A stretch of DNA of 64,000 nucleotides, taken from the NCBI RefSeq assembly GCF_964355755.1, contig NC_092675.1, forward strand, positions 24,462,912 to 24,526,911. Direction: 5' to 3'. The translations under genes were made by a program, and so were the position numbers. The DNA is from Antedon mediterranea (Eukaryota > Animalia > Echinodermata). Shown here in pieces: positions 38,501-51,889 of the stretch (the stretch's first letter is position 1; the number at the start of each line of letters is the position of its first letter). Under the pieces are notes generated by a model, which did no database searches, was not told where the DNA came from, and saw nothing but the letters and a program-made list of their open reading frames with translations.

Positions 38501-41500
38501 GAATAAATTCATCTTCCAAAATGTCCTCTTGATCTGTATCACCCCCTGACTCATGGGCCTAAGTTAAAATATTTTTGGGTAAATTATGAGTGCTTGATCT
38601 ATCACTAACTGGCTCAATAGTTAAAAGTGTCACCAGAATGGGTTACTCCTAACACCGTTCACTCTACCCCTAAAAAATGGCATTATTGATACTACAGAAA
38701 AGGTGCCTCCCTGAATGCAAAGGTCATACTAAATGGTTCAAACTACTCACTTCATCTCTATTCTCTGCTGTAGTAGATGCAGGAGCAAAGTTTACCGTTG
38801 GTGGTGGTGGTACATCAAGAATTTGAATGACTGGTGCTGGTTCATTCTTTTCATCAAAATAATCTGAGAAAAAGTGTATACAGCAAACCGGTCAACAAGA
38901 GTATTTTAGTATGCAAGTTACAAAGTGAAATGCTATGAACACATACTGTGTTACTATTTACGAATGTATATTAAAAGAAACCATATAACAAAATTGTTTT
39001 TTTTTTTAACTGGGAATTTTTCAAATGGTATTGAGGCTCAATAAGTTTTAATTTGTTTTATAAACATCACCTTATTGTTGAATGCAAACTCTTGCAATTA
39101 AAAGTTACCTGAAGGAATATCCTTATCTTGTTCAACTAATTTCAACTGGATTTGTTTGTTCTCTAAAGACAATTGTTTCATCTTTTCAAGAAACTCCTTT
39201 GCCTCTCTTGCTTCACGGCGTGCAACTTCCAACATTCGTCGGAATTTGACACGTACCAAGAAGCCTCGTACAACTTTCTGCATCTGAATGGCAGACTTTC
39301 CCATTTCAACCATTTTCTCTTCCAGTTTTTCTTGATGATAGTACTTCAGGAATACTTTTGTCTTTCTACAGATATAGGATTAATATTTATTTATAATATA
39401 TTTAAATTTATGATACTAGAAATTAATTAATCAATTATATACATTTAACTCATTTAGAAATTTTAAACCACCCAGTGATATACTGGAAATTAATTAATTA
39501 AAGGCATAGGGAAATTCTAAACCACCCAGTGATGTACTGAATTGATTACTTATATACATTTAACAGGCATATCATTATATTTATAAATTACTACTTATTA
39601 TAAAGCTGCCTCAACCAAGATTTGAACCTACAATATTCTGTTTGATATACAAACATCATACCATTAGACCACTGGGGCTTTTTGATATGGTTCTTCAAAA
39701 TCAATTATAATAATACAGTAATAAAACAATACAAAATGACTTCACACTTTATTCCCTTGAAGTTTAATAAAATAGATTCATCTTTTATTTCTTTCTTCCT
39801 TCCTTTAGGCGATGATGTTCACATGTTAGTAGCTGTGTATTAATACTACAGATCTCATTATTATTATGATAGTCTGACTCATGCTGAAATTGATTTGTTT
39901 CTGTGGCATAAGAGTGTGAACTATAGCTGAATATGAAATGGGTCAGACCATCAGCGCACAAATGTCAATGCCTTGCATATATTTTAGGCTCAACTTATCT
40001 TTAAATCCAATATCATGTGTTTTTTTAAATATATTAATTATTACACAAAGGCACCTCACAAGTTGGAAAGACCTTTGCTTCAAGGTGCCTCAGCTAACAA
40101 ATACAACATTTTAAAACAAAAAGACAGAAACATCAATCAAATCTTCCAGAATTAACAAGAAATTGTTGTACATAATAAAACACTAAAGCATTTACACAAG
40201 TCGAAAGAAGATCATGTTTTATTATCATCATAGACAATTAAGCATTGGATTTGATTGATTATTCTGTGCATATATCATCACTACAAATTATCCAAATTAT
40301 GTTAAATTGAAAAAGTATACAAATATTTTTGAGAAAATGTAAAATAAAAAATATAATATAATAAATCCTACCCAATCTGCCAATCAGTTAGTTTCATGTC
40401 AGTCAAAATCTTGATAACTCCACGGTTATCTGTTACAAGGTTTGGACTTAATGCCAAGATACGGTATCTGTAGAGGGAAAAAAACAATTACAAAAAGTCA
40501 CTTTACAAATTTTTAAATTTTGAATGTTTTTTTAATCTATTTTTGCTGTCATATTTTCATATTCATGTTGTTAATTTTAAGGATTTTAAACACATTTTAA
40601 ACAGAAGTAGGTTGATTGCAAAATGTAACTAAAAATTGTGTCTTTAGACAAAATTCAGCATCGTGTTATTTATGCATAATTAGTGATCCATTACAGATTT
40701 TCAAACACGTACACATTTATTTAATGCAAAGTTTAACTTTAAATGGCATCCCTAGAGAGACATCTACAATATAAAATATAACAGTAATTGATACGGTAAC
40801 CTTTTAACAAAATCTGCAAAAAGAGGTCGAACTGCATATCCAAGCTTCCTAATCCTAGTTGTCTCAAGCATGCCTGTGTAACGGAGCTAATAATAAAGCA
40901 TAATGCATTAGTGTGGTACTTCAAATCTGTTCTATAAAAGCATCATCAACCTTTTGTATATCTCAATATTTAAGTTAATAGTTGAAATAAATACAAAAAA
41001 AATGCTTGTATGCTTTTTTCATTGTCCTTTATATGAAATATATAACATAAATGGTTTGTCCCTTTCGATTTGACTTTGTACATTGGATACATTTGTGATG
41101 TTCGGTGTTTGAACAATTATCTAGTCCATGATGAATACTGTTATTTATACTCTATTCACATGAGGAAATAATATTGTTATAATAATTGTAATGTATGATT
41201 CTCACCTGAGCAGTGACAAATTTTGCTTCAAATTTCCGAGCAGCTTTTGAAGTGTTTGGTTTCACACATCGAATAAAATGAGGGTTGGATAGATCTAGTC
41301 GTTCCATTAACACTGACAGTGAGTTCTGAAAATTTAATTATAGTAAATGTAGGCTTACATACAGTACAGTACAGTGTATAGATATTAGTTTTATCTATTT
41401 ATTTGTTGACCATGCACCTTTGAATCAGTGGCATTCCTTATGTTAAGATTTTTAAAAATTGCAATCAATATTAAAAATTACAGAAAAAATATGTTAAATG

Positions 41501-44500
41501 TTGATGCATATTATGTTTACATAGTTTGTAAAACATTATTAGTTTATTTTTATTCCATTGAATTGTAAATTTTTAGTTCACTACGACTTGGCCTTAGAAA
41601 TTATAACAATTACCTTAAACTGTGCACAAACAGTAAGTTTCTTCTTTCCAGCTGCAGCCTTCATTACTTTAGGTGTTCTCTAAATGTAATATACAATTTA
41701 CATTAATATTGTATAAATTATATAAGTAAGCCTATAGTTCTCCTAAAGTTAACATAAATCTGTATTCTTATTAGCCGTTTACACAAAAATTTAGTGGGTT
41801 CTTTTATATATTCTACTATTAAACAGAACGTACGGTGACCATGCGCTCATGGATATGCACCAAAACTTTGGTATAAGCTTCCGGCTGAACTCCAAACAAT
41901 GAAATCTTACGAGTTATTTTTCATACAATATCAGCAAAACTTGAAAACAAAAATATGGCTTCTATATTTTCTTTACATTTTGGCTCGCAAAACTTTTGTG
42001 TTTGGTGTATCAGGTGAGTTATATTATAATCTATGCTCTTTTCACACATAAATTGCAGCATATGCGGTAATGAAGCTAGTATTGCTACAGAAAGTAGTTC
42101 TTTTTAGTTAATTTTATCGTTTTATGTGTGAATTGGGGACAATTTGCATCTTTACAGAACAAAAAGGATTTTTACACACAATCTGGAGTTTTGTGAAGTT
42201 ATTGTAATATAACCGTCTCACTGATCTGTGTAAAAAAAGCTATACTATAGAATTCACTTATTTCTAACTCAATGTTCTTACTCTTCGTCTTCTTGATTTA
42301 ACTGTTGATTTTTTGCTGCTTCTTCTCTGTAATGCAAGCGTTCCTGTGCGTGATATAGTACCTGAAAAAATTTTTTTTTTAAATTATTAATGGTGCAACA
42401 GTAATAATGCAATGATGATAGACAGTTCAATCCAGTTTGTGTAATTTGTGTAAATTGATATAGGTAAATATGCACCGTAATTGAGCTTAGCTACTAGTTA
42501 AGATTACATTTAAATGTCAGGTAATTGAAACAGATGTGTGAGGTGTCCTGAATGATTGGTTTGGTCTACTAGTGTTCCTGTTCCCAGACATGAAAGAAAT
42601 TGAACAAAAGTTTTTTTTTTAGAGCCTGTTTCTACTTAGCAAGAAAATACAGATTATAAATACCATATTTAAAAAAAACAGTATTTTTTTGCCAGCAGAA
42701 GAATTGTTTATTGGTTTTAAAATCCCAATTGATTGCAATTCTCGTCAAATACCAGTTTTTAAAATGTTTCTCTGGAGAAATGTTTAGTTGCAAAGCGATC
42801 CTTTTCATAAAAATGGTTTCTTAGGAAACTGTTCTTTTGACATTTTTCAGTAGAAACATATTTTACAAAAAGTGTTCCACTAAAAATATACCTTTAAATA
42901 TAAGGCTAAGAAGATGGATGCTTGACCTCTGAAACACTTGCATAGTTCCATTTGGTAATGAGTCACGATTCTTCTCAAGAAAATTGTTAGCATTGTATTC
43001 AACCTATAAATAAAATACAGCACTTTAATATTTAATATTTTAACATACAATTATCACAAATAAAATTTTAAAAATTCTTGTCATACTAGTAGAACGCCTA
43101 CTTTGTTTCTATGAAACAATGAGAGAAATAAATGCGCTATATAGGTAGATACTAAAAGTGTGTTTTAAAACCTCATTATAATCACGGAGTGATGATGATG
43201 AAGGTTTGAACTAAAAACCCTATGTCTATATGGTAAGCATAATTATACTGACCCGTCCAGCATAGTGGTCAATGCTGAAATTATTACTGGTAGACACTTT
43301 TGCCTTTATGTAATGGTGATTCTTAGAAAAGTTTTGACCCATCTTCTCAACCAGTGAATGGTCAGTTCCCTGTATACACACATAACAAATATTATTGAAT
43401 ATTTAAAATAAAAAATATCCATCTGGAAAAATGTAATTATTAGTGACAACTTGTGAAACTTATTTGAAATTAATTGAATATTAAATAAGTAGGTTATAAA
43501 AATTGTTAAACTCATGGTGATAATGTTGAATTGACTTTATAATCATTTTGCTTGGATAAAGATGGTGTTAATACAAAATAACAATTTGATTTTAAATTGT
43601 TCTAGAATGAATTCATTCATACATGCAATTTATACAATTTTGAATTATTATAATTTTTAAGGCATATAATGAGAGAAGATCAATTATATAATGTTAAAAA
43701 ATGATCATACAATTACAAGTAGGCCAAGTAAAAAAAAATGTAGTTTCATGTCCAAAATTTATTCCTTTTTTTTTACTATTTACTTTATTTTTATAATTTA
43801 TTTGGTAATGGAAAACTGAAAATTATTATAATAATTTTACTAATGATTGCAAGTGGGTTTTTGTCTAAATTTGGCAGTTTATTACGTTTACGGATTAGTT
43901 TTCCTTTGGTTTTCCACAAGCGACTTTGAGCACTTTGGTGGATATATTCACTCAACAATGTTGAGTAAATTGAATTTCTTTTTTTAACTGAATAAAATCA
44001 TTTGTCTTTTTTATGAAAAAGAAAATATATATGTGTATGCTAATCATGCTAATTTTATAAGGGAGTGGATGTGAAACTAACTTTTTTTTTGATTTGGCCT
44101 TATTAAATTATGAACTATTGCACTCTGAGGAAGCAATATCTTGAATGATTTATAAGAGAGCCTACGGACATGTGATTGACAGATAAGACAAGTGATTTGC
44201 TGTTTAAAATTAATATTCACAAACCTTGGGGAAATGGCTTTCTTCATCCAGGAGTGCAAATATTCCAATTGGCTTTGCAAGAAACAGATCCTTTATAAAA
44301 AATAAAATTGATTGTTTACAGGCTTTGCACAAACAATCACTATACACACTACTAAATAAATTATTAAAACAGTGCTCATATTCAGAACATATTCCTGATA
44401 TAAGCAATGTTTCAATAATTTGACAGTATGATTTATATATATTGCACTGATGAAGGGCTAGTGTTGCCCGAAAGCTCTACTAACTTTTCTGACTGTTTTA

Positions 44501-47500
44501 CTTTATCGTTTTGATTTAGCTTTTCACTTTCTTTTTGTATCTCCATTGAGATCCAGCCACTGATACCCACAGCATTGTCATTTTTTTCAGTAATTTGCCT
44601 TTGGATTTATATATACATACACACTATATACACACAGCAGGCAGAAAACATGAATTCTAAACCGCCTGGTGGTATACTACACTGTACATTGGCAAAAATC
44701 TGAAATTTTGAGACAGTGAAGGAAATTGTGAACCGTGATGATGTCACTAAAAATTTAAAGTTCTAAAAATTTTTGTTTGTTTGTGGTAATGTTTTTTAAC
44801 AATATTCGAAAAAACATGTAACAACATGAATATAGTAGAACAGTCAGAACAACAGTTAATACATCTTATCCGAAGATATTTTATTTAAATTATATTACCT
44901 GAACTTAAAGAAAACTACTAGAATAATGGTTTTAAAAGTTCCTATAATAGCATATCATACATAGGCTATTTATATAAAATGGTTAAAATCTATTTTGTAT
45001 AAAAACAGAACGTTGAATACTAACCAACAGTGGCTGGTTGTTAACAAATGGTATATTTTTCCAATCAACTCCTTCATTCTTGTACTCTTCTTGCTCCAGA
45101 AGAAAAATGTGCTATATAAAAATATTAAAATTGGTGTAATGGTCAATTTCTATTTAGAAGTTAATTTAAAGTTTTTTTTTAAACTGGTATTTTAGTGCCA
45201 ATATAAATGGTTCCTCACAGTAAGGAACACGTTTTTATTATAATATGAATTTTATAAAATGGCAACATATAATTCTTCTTATTTCAAAAAATAAATAACT
45301 AAATTTACATGTAAATTTGTTCATAATAGCATGTTATACACAATGATTTGCAGAATTATTACTGGACAGGTGGTTTTTGGCAACATCTTTCTATCCATTA
45401 ATATTTATGGTGCCATAATGCATAATGGGGCAATTAAGCAATATGATATTAACAACAGCAAAAATTAACAGTGCATCTCTCAAACATGATGGTTTCAACG
45501 TGATTGACATTTTCATAAACTTAAATATGAATTTAGGTCAGGGTTAAACCAATTGAATATTAAACTCCTTGATTTAACAGAAGCTTGAGGAAATGCATTT
45601 TTTTGTCCATGTAAACATGTAATAAGATTGTAGAGGGGGCACTACATGTTTTGAAATGTATGTACTTCTATACTACGTTTGCTCATAAATTCCTTGAGTG
45701 ATATGCAATAATTATTTGGGGAGTTGCAGGGGAAACGAAGCTACAGAGAATACACATACTTTTTAAGAGCTTCGGCTCATTACATACCCATTTTGTATCA
45801 AATACGTTTTCCATTCATTATGATTTAGATTAAACTTATAGAAATATTCTTGTAAAAGAAATACTATATATATAATTATAAATAAATAGTATGTATAGTA
45901 CCGCGAATGATGATTTACTTACCTGGTTAAAGAAGAATTGAAGCTGCTCATTTGCAAGGTTAATGCAGGCTTGTTCAAAGCTGTTGGTTTGTAGATGTTC
46001 AAATCCAAATATATCTAAAATACCTGTGAATATACAGAAAAGGAACATTTGAATAAAAGCTGCCCTTTTACTGTTATCTGGTAGTTAGGAGGTGAGGCAG
46101 TGCATCAAAACATGTTGGGAATATGGATCACTTTTAATAGGCGCCTAATTTAACTATGTTTTTACAAATGTTCAACACACAGATGAGCTGGACCACCTTT
46201 CAATGCCAAAGCCTCTGGTATATTCAGGTTTAAGCCTCCCTAAGAATTTGAGAAAGGTCCAATTAAAAATAATTGTTCTTACCAACTTCTGTACATTTAC
46301 TTGCATCTAGATCTTCTTCAGAGGCTAGAAGCTGGTTAATTTTATTCACAATCCAACTAAAGAGACGGCCATACAAAGCTTTAGTCATAGCATCTCTAGC
46401 GTCACAGGCTTGCTCTGCAGTGTAGTTACGTTGAAAGACTTCTCCATGAGCAGAACTTGTTGCATATGTCAAAATTCCACATAACTCATCCTTCTGCATT
46501 CCAAGCAAGTCCTACTCAAATAAAACATTTAATACATTTTTAAATTTGCGTTGAATCAATAACTAGATTAAATAAAAGAAAACAATAGGGTGTATTATTT
46601 TGTAACATAATTTGACCGCTGAACTAAATACTCACACAAATAACTTGCACTGCCTGTGGATTCTTAATGATGGCTGCATCATTATCATTTGTATCAAACT
46701 CAATTTGACCGAATGCCAGAACCGCTGCAAGGATAACAAACATGTCCTCTTTTTCCTAAAATACAATCAAAAGTCAACAATTACAGAATAACTACTTTTT
46801 GGACCACTGAGGTTTTTAATTAGTGACCATAACAGAACATGCTTAAAAGAGCTTAGGGTCTAAGCAACAGAAAAATGGAGCTACATAACATTTTATTAAT
46901 ACTGTATCAAGAGTTTATAGAAAAAGAACTATTCATTTCTTTATATTTCAGCTTCAATCCATGGAAAACTGTAAATATCAGATATCTTTAAAATCTAATC
47001 CACAAATTATATATATATACAGTAAATGTAATATTAATGATGGTTTGGCCAAAACAAGAGGGAAAAAGACATGAATAGCTTTTACATATATACATTACCA
47101 GATTTCTCTGTTCTGTTTCTGAAAAGTTGTAATTCCAAGTTGATGGTTACAAGAATAATCTTCTTATTTGAAGATCATTTTATTTACATAAAAATTAAAA
47201 GACCAAGAAAATAGAAAATTAAAATGTCTAACTCACCTCATCAAGGAAACCAACCAGATCCATTGCATTATTCACTTCAGAAAACAGTTTTTTTGTTTCT
47301 GCTGATTTTGTCTGAACTCTTCCAGAACCATTTGTTAAATATCTAAACAGAAGAAAATAATTTCACAGTTTGTCTATTTAAAGTGTTTTATTGTTTTAAT
47401 ACTTCTCTAAGGTAATAATTTGTTGTATTAACGCCGGAAAGTTCAGAACTTACACTGGGTAAGTTTAGCTCAACGGCAAAGATATCTTGCAGTGCTTATA

Positions 47501-50213
47501 TCCTATTAAGGCCCATTACAAATACTAAATAAACAGCTTTACTCAATATAAAATAAAAATATGAAACTGATTTACTAATCTTACTTGTAGTTTTCTGCAT
47601 GTTTTAGTTTATATCTTTTAGAATCTTCTGTACTTAAACCAGCAAACATATAGTAGAAGATATGAAAATTCTCTTCCTCTGAATTTTGATAAATAACACG
47701 TGACTTCTCAAGCAGATATTCTGAAATTTTAGCTCCCATGACTTCATAAAAAAAACACAGTTGTATTAGAAATATAAAAATAAATTTCTACAAATGGTCA
47801 CAAATACCAATTGATAATTGTGCTGCACCAATACTTTGGCATATTCTTACAATCGAGAATATCTACTTTTCTACGTTCTACTAAGTACAAATAATTTGAA
47901 CATTCCTTGTACTGTATTTGGAAAAGATTTTAAGTTTCAAATAGAAAATAAGGCCTAGTGTTTAACATTCATACTTTTTTATTTACAAAAATGTTTTTTA
48001 TTATTCAATTAGAATTTTGAGAACAGAAAGAAATAATATGATGGCAGAAATAAAGTTCTAGAGATGGATGGGGCATGGTCTGACGAAAAGATGAAAGGGT
48101 AAATAAGTTAGAAGTTGGATGTAGAAAAGTAAAGGTGACCTGCAAAGATATGATAAAAGAAAGATCAGTTTGGAAGAAAATGATGCACAAAACAGGAAGA
48201 AGTAGAGAGATCGTGTAACAGCATGGGTGAGTGTCAGTGACTACTTGGAAGAAGGAGAAAATTGCTTTTAATAAAAGATGATGATTGGTATGCCTTTAAC
48301 TTACCAGCACCATTCATGAATTTAAGCTGAATATATTTTCCAAATCTACTTGAGTTATCATTCATAACTGTTTGTGCATTGCCAAATGCCTCAAGTAGAG
48401 GATTCACCTATAAATATAGAAAAAAACAAAGCCATTATTATTTGAATTTACAGTTATTTACAGGTTATGGAGAAAGCATCATCTTTTACTCTTTTCATGC
48501 ATATAATTCTAGTAAGTTATTATTTGATTTTTTTAATTTTTCAACTCTTTGATATGAAGTTTATTATATCTGCATATTTGTTTAATTTCATATATCTTTC
48601 ATATTTATATTTAGTTTGTGTCTCTTGATAAAATGTCTTCTTTCTTCTTCTGTAGGCATATTTTATTAGTTATGATGGTTGTCTTTTCTAAAATTTTATC
48701 AGGTAATATAACTAAAATAAACGCATTTATCATTTTTAATTACCTGTAGAATCTGTTGTTCAAGTTGAGATTTGCCATGACAAATGTCAATGAGGTGTTT
48801 AATGATCAATTTGGTGCTCTCTGTCTTCCCAGCTCCACTTTCACCACTTTAACAAAAAAAGAATATCTTTAAAAAAAATTATTTTTAACACCATACTGTT
48901 CAATTGCATACTTTGTTTTTTTCAAAAATATATTATTCATTCTCAATTGAGGACATTTGGATTGGGTTCTCTGTGTACCAACAGCATGCACAGTGCAACG
49001 CTCACAATGTACTGCTGTACATGGAAGGGGCTGATATTGATCAGACACGTCACCAAGGTTACCTCCAGAAATGCACTGGGTTCTTGAAAGCGCCTACGAG
49101 TCAGATGTGTACACTAGAACTTAGTACTCGTCCGAGAAGACTTGTTCTATTATCGAGGAGAGCATGAACCATTTGTCCATTTTATGGCACTATATGCATA
49201 TTTTGTTTATCTGTTGTAAAGACCAGATAAACCACTGCTTTATACTTGGGTCAGAACGCAAAAGCAATGGTCTCACAAAAATAAATTACCTGATAACAAT
49301 ACACTGGTTTCTTTTACCCCCTATTGAACTTCCCGTCACCATAGCCTGATATGCAGCATCAGATACTCCAAATATATGTGGCGGATTCGCAGTACGCTTT
49401 TGGCTCTTGTATTTTTCAGAAACCTAAAGAAAACATTATTTTTATTGAATTGGATGAGATACTATACATTATATTTTCTTTTGATTGTCTGAAATGTAAG
49501 ATTTAAATATATATTATATAAATCCAAACTTGCGTTCCATATTTATATAATAATAATGTATTGTTGTATTGTTTTGATATAATAACAACAATGCACTTTA
49601 GTACTTTATGCCCTCTAATATTGGAAAGATAAGGCATTACAAACGTTTTTCAATCAGGGTACTACTGTAATAAAGTACATTAGTACAAAATACATTAATT
49701 GGTTTTGTTTCAATTATTACTATGCACTTTTAATGTAACATTTCCTGTTCGCTATCAAATAAAACAGTATGCATGCATTATTACGTTCTCTGTAAACATT
49801 GACCTTGGATTTATTTACTATTGTTATGATACGCATGGCTTTGTTATGGTAATTTTTGTAAAGTACACCTTCTTACCTCTTTCCCATAAATCCCAATGTC
49901 TCGAAATGGATTCACGGCTACTAAAATATCTCCAACATAGGTCTGAAAAGATTATATATTTTTAATATTAACATACTTTGTTTAAAATGCATTGAATTTT
50001 CAGTACTAAGCCTACTACGTCGACTCTTGTACCCACTACCAATGACGTGTACTGTAAACAACCAAGAAGGGGCTCTAATTATTAGCCCTGAAAGTAACTC
50101 ACGTAAATTTTATCCTGGTTGTAGCGGCATTTCAGTTCTTCAAGTAGAATTGCTTCATCAAGATTAGAGAGAGTTGCTAAATCGTCTATATTTCCAATAT
50201 CAGTTCGAGACAT
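32557..50213 (-). CDS. Unconventional myosin: class III-like motor without kinase, IQ, SH2 and tyrosine-rich tail (class XXVIII-type), 29 exons, ~1082 aa
   Basis: Exons: 50103-50213, 49877-49942, 49290-49423, 48744-48846, 48305-48407, 47585-47741, 47237-47342, 46636-46755, 46283-46511, 45923-46023, 45025-45111, 44225-44290, 43253-43369, 42892-43003, 42282-42361, 41614-41679, 41206-41325, 40801-40886, 40372-40467, 39109-39365, 38751-38863, 38359-38558, 37574-37663, 36946-37063, 36220-36267, 35196-35276, 34001-34174, 32751-32789, 32557-32625. Motifs: [42 protein letters not shown]; IQ motif [13 protein letters not shown]; SH2 WFHGIITR...FLIRVSES. The last three exons are less certain. Confidence 0.9.
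35722..35771. mobile_element. 36-bp palindrome (17+2+17) with 7-bp TSD; P-superfamily excision footprint or micro-MITE
   Basis: ggtttac|catagagatattatagt-tc-actataatatctctatg|ggtttac. Confidence 0.75.
36470..36636. mobile_element. Palindromic MITE with ~55-60-bp TIRs
   Basis: tgtctacactatcaaactttatgtgacaaaaaa..tgatgtgccca / tgggcacatca..ttttttgtcacgtaaagtttgatagtgtagaca. Confidence 0.85.
37332..37367. mobile_element. 22-bp palindrome with 7-bp TSD, same termini as 7297-7331
   Basis: ctcaaac|catggaggtatatacctccatg|ctcaaac. Confidence 0.75.
39605..39678 (-). pseudogene. tRNA-derived pseudogene or SINE head
   Basis: Minus strand gccccagtggtctaatggt (A box) ... ggttcaaatct (B box); the acceptor stem does not pair cleanly. 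Confidence 0.5.
44442..44600 (+). mobile_element. Penelope-like terminal repeat with minimal hammerhead ribozyme core, copy 1
   Basis: ttgca-CTGATGA-a-gggc-tagtgtt-gccc-GAAA-gctc; the ~155-bp repeat recurs at 62847-63004. Confidence 0.7.
48010..48260 (+). mobile_element. Highly degenerate RTE-like LINE 3' end
   Basis: Plus-strand translation remnants RWMGH and [13 protein letters not shown]; ends in gaagaaggagaa. Confidence 0.45.
48960..49180 (-). mobile_element. Possible Deu-domain SINE remnant
   Basis: Minus strand gtcttctcggacgag...ttcaagaacccagtgcatttc resembles the DeuSINE central domain as I recall it; GC-richer than the surrounding intron. Confidence 0.35.
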
Positions 50214-51889
50214 ATTTAATGATTACAATCCTCAAAGTGTCTACTACTATTAGGTAGTATAATACTACCAACTCATTATATCGACAACAGGTGCGGTCAT
50301 TCCGAATAAAAATAGAAAAGGTATTGTCACTAGCATATACAATACAAACAATATATACCAGTATCTGATTGGTTACCTTTATTTAATGTATGCGTCATAA
50401 TGCATCATCAGGTAAGTTATTGAAGTTTACCGATCAACCATGATATAACGGGCGTATACAGACGTTCTGTTACGTCAATTGCTGTAAACTGAATTAATCA
50501 TCACACAATTTAATGAAAAATACTAACAAAATAACATAAGCCTATCTGGTTTCCTAACCTTATTTTGGTTTTTTTAGATAGTACCTAGGTGATCAGGTCT
50601 GGGGGACGAGCTTTAGGCCTACAACGTTACACTATTTACTTCCACACTGTGCTAATAGTATCCTACCTTGCAATAATGTGTATACATAATATTTTGGACT
50701 ACAAACTAGAAAACTGTACATTAAGTTCTGAAACTGTGTATGAAAACAAACATTATTTTATATCGACATCAATATTCTAGAATCAGAATAAATTCTAGTA
50801 AAGGACGATCATACGGATTAACATTTACAACCTAAAAGACAAAAGTCTTTTAAAGAAAAAATCGTATAAAGTTGTGTAAAAATAGAATGTTTATGAACAG
50901 TTACAACTTATATTTACCTATTGGTTTTGCTCACTTTATATTCCTGTTTTGTGATATAAAAGGCATTATACTTAATTAAAATAGGTAAATCTTAACTTAA
51001 CTCAAATATATTTTCCAAATCCACTGAATTACTTTGATCCAGGCATTGTCTCTTTCGGTTTGTAAACTGATGTATTTCCGTCAAAATGTTCCCTTCAACG
51101 GATCAGCTCTTATAAGACAATTTAATTCCAGCTCGATTTGGGCTATTTCATATACCATCAAGTTTTCGTGGCATTTTTACATATGTGTTCGTCTATATTT
51201 TTATCTGCATACTTAAAAATATCTCCTTCCTATTCTCACTATCGATAGGATGTCATTGCCCAATTGATTGATTGCAACATTTACAATTTGACAGAAAATG
51301 AGCTAATACATCTTCTGAATCGGCTGGGTACATTTGATTTGCGTTCAAGCGCTTCATTTTAAAAAACATGGAACTCTTTTTGAGTGATTATCCTGGAAAG
51401 CATTCTCGGTTTGTGGTTCAAACATATCTCCATTGTTGGACTTGAGTATCCGCTGTTCCTGGTAAGTTGTTGTCATTCTCTATTGGGTCACGATTGCTGA
51501 GATTATCAATATATATTTTATTGTTCTTGTTGTTATTGGTGCTTTTCCTCCCTCCTATTGTCATAGGCAAATTACTAATGACAAACATTATCAAGCAAAA
51601 CAATTCATTCCTTCAATATCATGCATGGGTGCTATCTTGTTCTTAAATAACAAATGAACACATTTCTCTACTCTCTTTTTTTTTACGTGTTTTAAAACTT
51701 TCTTTAACAACTTTTTCTTTGTAATTTTAGTGGAGTTGCTTGCTATTCTCGTACGATTAGGGTTACTTCTTTTTTTTTTCAATTTACGAATAGTTCGTTG
51801 ATGAGGTCAACCACTTAAATTATCTAGGCTCAGTTAAAACATCCACTGCAAACTGCACAATTGATATTAAGCCAATGTTTGGAATGGCT

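Noticed and set aside
39605-39678. Functional tRNA gene
   Set aside because: A/B boxes are present but the cloverleaf stems do not pair; treated as a pseudogene or SINE head.
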